DNA of 64,000 bases, from contig JAXGZN010000001.1 of the NCBI GenBank assembly GCA_040776945.1, forward strand, positions 352,001-416,000. The letters are read 5' to 3'. The stretch comes from Methanomassiliicoccaceae archaeon (GTDB lineage: Archaea > Thermoplasmatota > Thermoplasmata > Methanomassiliicoccales > Methanomassiliicoccaceae). The notes beneath the pieces were generated by a model, which did not search any database, was not told the origin of the DNA, and saw nothing but the letters and a program-made list of their open reading frames with translations. The stretch's first letter is position 1. Each line of letters opens with the position of its first letter. The translations under genes and the position numbers were made by a program. Positions 58,028 to 64,000 of this stretch are shown here, in pieces.

Positions 58028-58936
58028 ATGGACGAGACCGACGTGGCCCTCTGCCGCCTGCTCATCTACAACTCCCGCATGCCCTACTCCGAGCTGGGCA
58101 AGGTCCTTGGCATCAGCGTTCAGAGCGCGCACCGCCGAGTTCAGGACCTGATCTCCAGCGGTGTCATAGCCAAGTTTCCCGCTGCGTTCTCCGGCCGGGC
58201 CTATCGGTCCACCTGGGTCCTCGTGCACGGCCGGTCCGAGGCGAACTCGGTGAACGATGTGCTGGATGAGCTGGGTCGGGACAAGGAGATGGACATGGCC
58301 ATGGTGGCCTCCGGCAATTATCTGTACGTCGGGGGCGCGGTTTTGGACCCCGGACGGGTCAACCGCTTCACCTCCTATGTCAAGAAGACCGCCCGATTGT
58401 TCCAACCCCAGATCGGCATGGTCTATAATCCTTCATTGATGGACATAGACGCGGAGGCGGTGGTATATCCCATGGACCTGAGGATCATAGAAGCGCTAAG
58501 GGACGATTCCAGGCGGCCGGTCACCGATATCGCCAAGGAACTAGGGGTGGCCCCTCGGACGATAAACAGGCACATTGAGCGGCTGATGAAGGACAACCTC
58601 GTCCATTTTGCCATCGAATGGTACCCGCAGATGTCCGGGGACATCGTCACCGCCCTGCACCTAAAGGTGCGTCACGACCGGGAGAGGGAGAAGGCGGCAG
58701 CCGCGCTCGTCCGCCGATTGGCGGCCCGTGAGATCATCACTTACAGCTTCAGCGACCGCCCCGACTCGCTCATCTGCATGGTCTGGTCGCCGAGCCTGCA
58801 GGAACTGAATGACCTTATCAGCGAACTGGAGGGCGACCGCATGTACGATGAGATCGTCCCCCATGTGATACTTAACGCCCGCTATTACGAGGGCATCAAG
58901 GGAACCGCTCCTCCCGTCCGGGGGAAGGGCCAGTAA
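58028..58936 (+). CDS. Tandem (double) Lrp/AsnC family transcription regulator
   Basis: Two HTHs: NSRMPYSELGK.LGIS and DSRRPVTDIAKELGV. Confidence 0.88.
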   Translation: MDETDVALCRLLIYNSRMPYSELGKVLGISVQSAHRRVQDLISSGVIAKFPAAFSGRAYRSTWVLVHGRSEANSVNDVLDELGRDKEMDMAMVASGNYLYVGGAVLDPGRVNRFTSYVKKTARLFQPQIGMVYNPSLMDIDAEAVVYPMDLRIIEALRDDSRRPVTDIAKELGVAPRTINRHIERLMKDNLVHFAIEWYPQMSGDIVTALHLKVRHDREREKAAAALVRRLAAREIITYSFSDRPDSLICMVWSPSLQELNDLISELEGDRMYDEIVPHVILNARYYEGIKGTAPPVRGKGQ

Positions 58937-59083
58937 GTGAAAATGGCCGATGCCCGATGTTCACTTCTTCCCATCTTCAGTTGAAGATCTTGATGTGAGA
59001 GCGGTTCTGTGGGCACCTTTTCAACCGCGACGTTGACGGAAAAGGAAGAACCGGGTCCGTTTGCTGATCCCAAGGTGAAATGA

Positions 59084-59497
59084 ATGGAACTCAGGAACAA
59101 CCTCGGAAATGGTCTCGTGGCCCTCCTGGCTCTCGTGCAGGGGGGACTGCGCACTTGCTTCGGCCTCGCCAGCGCCGGTGGGCTCGGCGTCGCCGCCCGC
59201 GACCAGGTGATGTCCATGATCGACACGCCGGTCTCCAACGAGACGATGGTGATCGCCGCCCCCTTCCTTCTGCTTGGCGCACTCGGTTTAGCATCCGCCA
59301 TCGGCCTGATCGCCCACAGGCCCTGGGGCGTGTACGGTACCGTTGCCGTATCTCTGGCCACCATAGCTTATGATATGTGGGCGACCTTGGCCATCCAGCC
59401 TTCGGCCGTGATGGGGTTCGTGGTGCCAGTTATCTGCATCGCCCACCTTGCCATGAAAAGGAATGCTGACCCCAGGTCTCGGGCGGTGAGGGCATGA
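59084..59497 (+). CDS. Hypothetical membrane protein
   Basis: RBS AGGTGA; about 4 TM segments; overlaps next gene by 4 nt. Confidence 0.7.
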   Translation: MELRNNLGNGLVALLALVQGGLRTCFGLASAGGLGVAARDQVMSMIDTPVSNETMVIAAPFLLLGALGLASAIGLIAHRPWGVYGTVAVSLATIAYDMWATLAIQPSAVMGFVVPVICIAHLAMKRNADPRSRAVRA

Positions 59498-60021
59498 AGG
59501 CCCTGATCGCCTTCGGCACCAAATATGGCTCCACGGCCCGCATCGCAGAGACCATAGGCGAGGAGCTCGAAGCGAAGGGGTACGATGTCGATATCGTGGA
59601 CCTGGGGAATGGACGCTGCAGGAGCGTAGATGAGTATGACCTCGTGGTCCTGGGGTCATCGATATTCATCGGGAAGTGGACCAAGGAGTCCCGGGAGTTC
59701 GTAGAGTCCTCGTCCCCGCAGCTTGCGGAGAGGAAGGTCGCAATGTTCGTGAGCTGCAGCGACGTCCTGTTCCCTGAGAAGGTCGAGGCGGCCCGCAAGA
59801 ACTACCTCGACGACATCGCGGCCGGGGTGCCGAGCCTCGGCCCGGTGGCCTTGGGCCTGTTCGGCGGAGTGATCGACTTCGACCGGTACAGCGCGATGAC
59901 CCGGTTCCTCCTTGCTGGCGTCGGCACCAAGAAAGCGCTGCGGGGGAGGGGCATAGATCCCTCGAAACCATATGATTTTAGAGATTGGGACGAGGTCCGG
60001 GCGTGGGCCCGGTCCCTCTGA
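59494..60021 (+). CDS. Flavodoxin-domain protein (HemG-like)
   Basis: GTKYGSTARIAE, YD.VVLGS, FGG, DFRDWD.V..WA. Confidence 0.88.
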   Translation: MKALIAFGTKYGSTARIAETIGEELEAKGYDVDIVDLGNGRCRSVDEYDLVVLGSSIFIGKWTKESREFVESSSPQLAERKVAMFVSCSDVLFPEKVEAARKNYLDDIAAGVPSLGPVALGLFGGVIDFDRYSAMTRFLLAGVGTKKALRGRGIDPSKPYDFRDWDEVRAWARSL

Positions 60022-60023
60022 CC

Positions 60024-61118
60024 TCAATCCATGAACACTATGTTCTCATGACTGACGACCGCGGTGCCGTTGCCGTTCTTGCCCTGGACCTTATCGCTTT
60101 TACACTTCTGGACCATGGCCTGGACCTCCGCCGAGGAGAAGTTGGATATCCCCTTTCCAAGATCGTTGATCCTAACAACGTCGCCCTTCTTGAACCTGCC
60201 CTCCACCGACGTGATGCCGCAAGGCAGCAGCGATCTGCCGGCATGGATGGCCTTCTCCGCTCCGTCATCGATCCTCAGGCTCCCGCGTGGGCAGGCGAAC
60301 AGTATCCACCGTTCACGATTGGTATAATGGGACCGGGCGGTGAACAGAGTTCCAATTTCCTCTCCAATGGCGACCCTCTTTATCACGTCCTCGGTCCGCC
60401 CGTTGGCAATTACCATGTTGCACCCTGATTCCATGGCGATCTTGGCCGCGTTGATCTTCGAGCGCATGCCTCCGGTGGAACGCTCGTTCTTCCTGCTCCC
60501 GGCGATACGCTCGATGTCCCTAGTGATCTCATCGACGATCGGTATCAGCTTTGCCTGGCTATCCGCCTCGGGGTTGCGGTCATAGAGGCCGTCGACGTCC
60601 GTCAGAAGGACCAGCAGGTCGGCGTCCATCTTGCTCGCGACCAGCGCGGAGAGCTTGTCGTTATCGCCAAATATCTCCTCGATCTCGTCCGTGGAGATCA
60701 CGTCGTTCTCGTTGACCACCGGAACGACGCCGAGCCGGAACATCTCGGCGATGGCCTTCTGCAGGTCAAGGTAGCGGGCGCGGTCGGAGAACGCTCCGTA
60801 CGTCAGCAGGACCTGGCCTACGCTCCTGCCGTGCTTGCGGAAAGCCTCCCGCCACGCCAGCATGAGCGTTGCCTGCCCCACCGCGGCGCAGGCCTGCTTC
60901 ATGGGGACGTCCTTTTTCTTGCCGTCTAGCTTCAGCTCCGAAGAGCCGGAACCGATTGCCCCCGAGGTGACCACGATGCTCTGGATCCCCAGACCGTCCA
61001 GCTCGACCACCTGGCGGGCGACCTCGTCGATGTATCCTTGGTCCACCGTGCCGTCGTCCCGGCAGATAGTGTTCGTGCCGATCTTCACTACGATGCGCTT
61101 GACCTCGAGGTCCCTCAT
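60024..61118 (-). CDS. proB: Glutamate 5-kinase
   Basis: VKIGT, VTSGAI, KQACAAVGQ, NEND, FGDNDKLS, TGGM.SK, PUA domain. Confidence 0.96.
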   Translation of the reverse strand: MRDLEVKRIVVKIGTNTICRDDGTVDQGYIDEVARQVVELDGLGIQSIVVTSGAIGSGSSELKLDGKKKDVPMKQACAAVGQATLMLAWREAFRKHGRSVGQVLLTYGAFSDRARYLDLQKAIAEMFRLGVVPVVNENDVISTDEIEEIFGDNDKLSALVASKMDADLLVLLTDVDGLYDRNPEADSQAKLIPIVDEITRDIERIAGSRKNERSTGGMRSKINAAKIAMESGCNMVIANGRTEDVIKRVAIGEEIGTLFTARSHYTNRERWILFACPRGSLRIDDGAEKAIHAGRSLLPCGITSVEGRFKKGDVVRINDLGKGISNFSSAEVQAMVQKCKSDKVQGKNGNGTAVVSHENIVFMD

Positions 61119-62401
61119 ATTATCTTCCTGTGGGTGAACCTGCGGCCGCCCTTCCCCACGTACTCGGCGACCGTTTGGCCGTTGCCTCGCAGCTTATACT
61201 TATATATGACCAGGCCCTCGAGGCCCACCGGACCGCGGGCGTGGGTCTTGTTGGTAGATATCCCCACCTCCGCGCCCAGCCCGTAGCGGTAGCCGTCCGC
61301 GAACCGGGTGGAGGCGTTCCACATTACCGAGGAGGAGTCCACAAGGTCCATGAACCTGGCCGCCGCCTCATGATCGGAGGTGATGATCGCATCGGTGTGA
61401 TGGGACGAGAAGCGATTGACGTGCTCGATGGCCTCGTCCAGTGAGCTGACGACCTTGATCGAGAGGACCGTGTCGTTATACTCCTCCTTCCAGTCCTCTT
61501 CCGTGGCCGGCAGCGCGCCGATCGCCCGCCTCGTCTCCTCATCTCCCCGCAGCTCCACCTTCGCCTCCTTGTACCGCGATGCCATGCGGGGCAGGAAGTC
61601 ATAGGCGATGTCACGATGAACCAGAAGTGTCTCCATCGCGTTGCATACCGCGGGATACTGGACCTTGGCGTCATAGCAGACGTCCACAGCCATGTCCAGA
61701 TCGGCGCTCTTGTCCACGTAGGTATGACAGATGCCGGCCGCATGTCCCAGGACCGGGACCCTGGTGCTCTCCATGATGGACCGCACTAGTTCGTTCGATC
61801 CCCGAGGGATGATGAGGTCTATGAGGTCGTCATGCTTGAGCAGTTCGCGGAACTGTTCTCGGGTGGACAGGACCTGGACCGCGTCCTTCAGACGCTCGTC
61901 CGCAGATAGCGCGGCATCGATGGCCTCGGCCAGCGCAAGGTTCGTCTCCTTTGCCTCGGTGCCGCCCTTCAGCAGCACGGCGTTGCCGGACCTAAGGCAC
62001 AGGCACGATATCTGAACCAGCGCGTCCGGCCGGGACTCGAACACAACGCCGATCACCCCTATGGGGCAGGACACCTTATCGAGCACCAGGCCCTCGTCTA
62101 GCTCGGTACGTGCCAGCAGCTTTCCCACCACGTCCTCCTGGGCCATGAGGGAGCGTATCGATTCAACGGACTCGTCGATCTTGGATCGGTCGTACCTTAA
62201 TCTCTTAACAAGCGCTTGGGAGAGCCTTTGCTCCTCGGCGGAACGAAGGTCGCGGGAGTTGGCCTCCATGATGATGCTGGAGCGCTCCAGCAGCGCGTTG
62301 GCTATGTCCTCGATGGCCTTGTTCCTAGTCTCCAGAGGCAGGCTGGCCAAACGATACGAGGCCTGCCGGGCCCTCTCTGCAGCCTCACGCACGGCGACCA
62401 T
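61115..62401 (-). CDS. proA: Gamma-glutamyl phosphate reductase
   Basis: PIGVIGVVFESRP, LKGG.EA, IPRGS, CNAMETLL, NASTRFADG, GPVGLEGL. Confidence 0.96.
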   Translation of the reverse strand: MVAVREAAERARQASYRLASLPLETRNKAIEDIANALLERSSIIMEANSRDLRSAEEQRLSQALVKRLRYDRSKIDESVESIRSLMAQEDVVGKLLARTELDEGLVLDKVSCPIGVIGVVFESRPDALVQISCLCLRSGNAVLLKGGTEAKETNLALAEAIDAALSADERLKDAVQVLSTREQFRELLKHDDLIDLIIPRGSNELVRSIMESTRVPVLGHAAGICHTYVDKSADLDMAVDVCYDAKVQYPAVCNAMETLLVHRDIAYDFLPRMASRYKEAKVELRGDEETRRAIGALPATEEDWKEEYNDTVLSIKVVSSLDEAIEHVNRFSSHHTDAIITSDHEAAARFMDLVDSSSVMWNASTRFADGYRYGLGAEVGISTNKTHARGPVGLEGLVIYKYKLRGNGQTVAEYVGKGGRRFTHRKII

Positions 62402-62538
62402 AACGGGCCAGAAGAATTCTATCCGGAGCATATACCTTTCGCTCTATCTATTGAGGTCGGGGCAGCGTTCTCTAGGGCTTTGTTCGCTACTCGGGAGGAA
62501 AAGAGTTATCAACGCCGGGGTCCGGAGAGTACATAGAG

Positions 62539-62745
62539 GTGAGAACGACGGTGTTCAAACTGCTGAAGCTGTACATCATGCTGCTCATGGTGGTTTGGGT
62601 GGCGGCAATTGTCTCGGCCATGATGAGCGCGGGACTTATGGCCGGAAGGAGGATAGGGCTGCGCAGAATGAAGGGGCTGATGCATGAGAGGATGAGGCAG
62701 GCCCATGAAAAGGCATGCGGGGAGATGGAGAGGGAGGAGCCGTAG
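62539..62745 (+). CDS. Small hypothetical membrane protein
   Basis: GAGGTG RBS-like element, single TM helix, Met/Arg-rich tail. Confidence 0.45.
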   Translation: MRTTVFKLLKLYIMLLMVVWVAAIVSAMMSAGLMAGRRIGLRRMKGLMHERMRQAHEKACGEMEREEP

Positions 62746-63121
62746 GTCATAGGACCGCCGTTAACCATGGGGCCGTTCAAGGAACGATGTGATAACTTCG
62801 ATGGCGAGGAATGGCGCTGGAAAGAGGATGGCTCTTGCGGGGCGGGGGGAGGGCATGACCTCTCCTCCGTCCGATTTCGCCTGGCCCTCGTTAAGTGGGC
62901 CGGCATGGAAGTAGTACTGTCCATAACGCTGCTGGCCGAGCGGTTCCGGCGAGCCTCTCGTTAGAGAGGGGCCGAGACAAGAGGCGTGAGGCATCGGGGA
63001 TGATTGGTGGCGGACGGGGGACCGGTCTCCAGGGGCCGAGGTCGCGGCCCCATGTTATCGCTGACGTATCGGTCGAGGATAGGGGCCTACATTGCGGACG
63101 GTGGGGGCGGGCATTGAACGG

Positions 63122-64000
63122 TCAGCGAGAGGAGAACGCCGCCCGGAACCCTCCCATCACGTCCTTCACCGATTGAAGAAGGGGGTGCCTCACCTCAACC
63201 GGCTCGGTCATTCGTTCCAATCTCTCGATCCGAAAGTAGATGGGGGGGTGTGTGTCCCACCGGAACCAGCTTGCCAGGCGTGAAGCCTTCTCCACCTGTA
63301 GGCGCTGGAAGCCGATCTTCCGTAGGCTCTCGGCCATCACCTTCGGTTGCCCGAGGGCCATGACCGACAAGAGGTCGGCACGGGCCTCGAAGAATTTGGC
63401 CACGAAGAATATCAGGAAGGTCACGACCATCAGGTAGAGGAGGGGGGAGAACAGGAACGCGGGGAGCAACACCGTCACGCGAAGAATGAACTCGCCGGAC
63501 ACGATGGCGAAGAGATAGAGCGGGTCCTTACCTTTTAGATGGCCGAGCTCGTGGCCGATGACGCTGATAAGCTCATCGTCGCTGAGCTGGGTCAAAATAC
63601 CTCCTGTGAGGAGGAGTACCCCGCGGCGGAAGCTTATACCGCTGGCCGCGGCGTTCGGCATCAGGCTGTTGGAAATGACTATCTTTGGAATAGGCGCGCC
63701 ATACGGTGCGGCCGCCCTCCTCACCAGGTCCAGTACGTTCACTGCCTTAACCTTGATCCCGTCCTCGGCGCACATCACCCCGAAGCTCATGAGCGTTCTC
63801 CCGATAGCCTTGCAGTCCGGCTCCCTCCCTTGGGCGAGAGAGGCGTCGAACACCGCCTGCTTAAGTCCCAGAAGGTCGACCTGTTTCTTCTTGATGAGCT
63901 CCATTACCTCATTGTTCACCCTGATCTGGAGCAGATAGACCTCTGGTGTCTCCGGCGTGATCTTCCATTTTCCCATGAGTCCGAAGAACTTATCTGCGTA
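63122..64000 (-). CDS. M48 family zinc metalloprotease (HtpX-like), 5' end outside the window
   Basis: PNAAA, ELISVIGHELGHL, EARAD, THPP...RI. Confidence 0.88.
   Translation of the reverse strand, partial: YADKFFGLMGKWKITPETPEVYLLQIRVNNEVMELIKKKQVDLLGLKQAVFDASLAQGREPDCKAIGRTLMSFGVMCAEDGIKVKAVNVLDLVRRAAAPYGAPIPKIVISNSLMPNAAASGISFRRGVLLLTGGILTQLSDDELISVIGHELGHLKGKDPLYLFAIVSGEFILRVTVLLPAFLFSPLLYLMVVTFLIFFVAKFFEARADLLSVMALGQPKVMAESLRKIGFQRLQVEKASRLASWFRWDTHPPIYFRIERLERMTEPVEVRHPLLQSVKDVMGGFRAAFSSR

Noticed and set aside
62539-62964. Two small ORFs in the same frame separated by TAG (possible Pyl fusion)
   Set aside because: The downstream part has no protein-like signature, and TAG is used as an ordinary stop by several genes here (dapL, ilvN, tldE, mvaD)
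395-63938. Numerous long antisense or alternate-frame ORFs in the track (e.g. 20527-21585, 25429-26481, 14908-15888)
   Set aside because: Shadows of well-supported genes in GC-rich DNA with no family motifs

Overview
GC-rich archaeal chromosome segment. Gene content (corrinoid/MtaA-type methyltransferases, type II GAPDH, archease, AGT-EndoV fusion, DapL lysine pathway, hgcAB remnant) points by inference to a Methanomassiliicoccales methylotrophic methanogen, a lineage that can decode UAG as pyrrolysine (Pyl). No pyl genes lie in this window. Housekeeping blocks: larA-like, thiL, an intein-containing AmmeMemoRadiSam radical SAM gene, lrp-dapA-dapB-lysC-lysA-dapF-dapL, pgk, gap, ilvB-ilvN-ilvC, pepQ-tldD-tldE, nadX, archease, mvaD-pfkB-EhaR-like HAD, proA-proB. 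A ~12.5 kb methyltransferase island (40.7-53.2 kb) has two corrinoid proteins, two MtaA/CmuA-type enzymes, two hydantoinase-like (MapA-like) ATPases, two DGC proteins, a CobW GTPase, a Zn-finger protein and a Bat-type HTH regulator, but no substrate-specific MT1. Signals the ORF track misses: (1) an apparently leaderless Val/Leu/Ile-rich 23-aa leader peptide upstream of ilvB, ending in an amber codon in frame with ilvB and followed by an RBS-sequestering hairpin; (2) a decayed hgcA-hgcB mercury-methylation locus; (3) a V4R gene with an in-frame amber codon near its N-terminus; (4) two IS200/IS605 tnpB remnants, one of which supplies the archease stop codon. All calls come from reading motifs by eye; no database searches were run.
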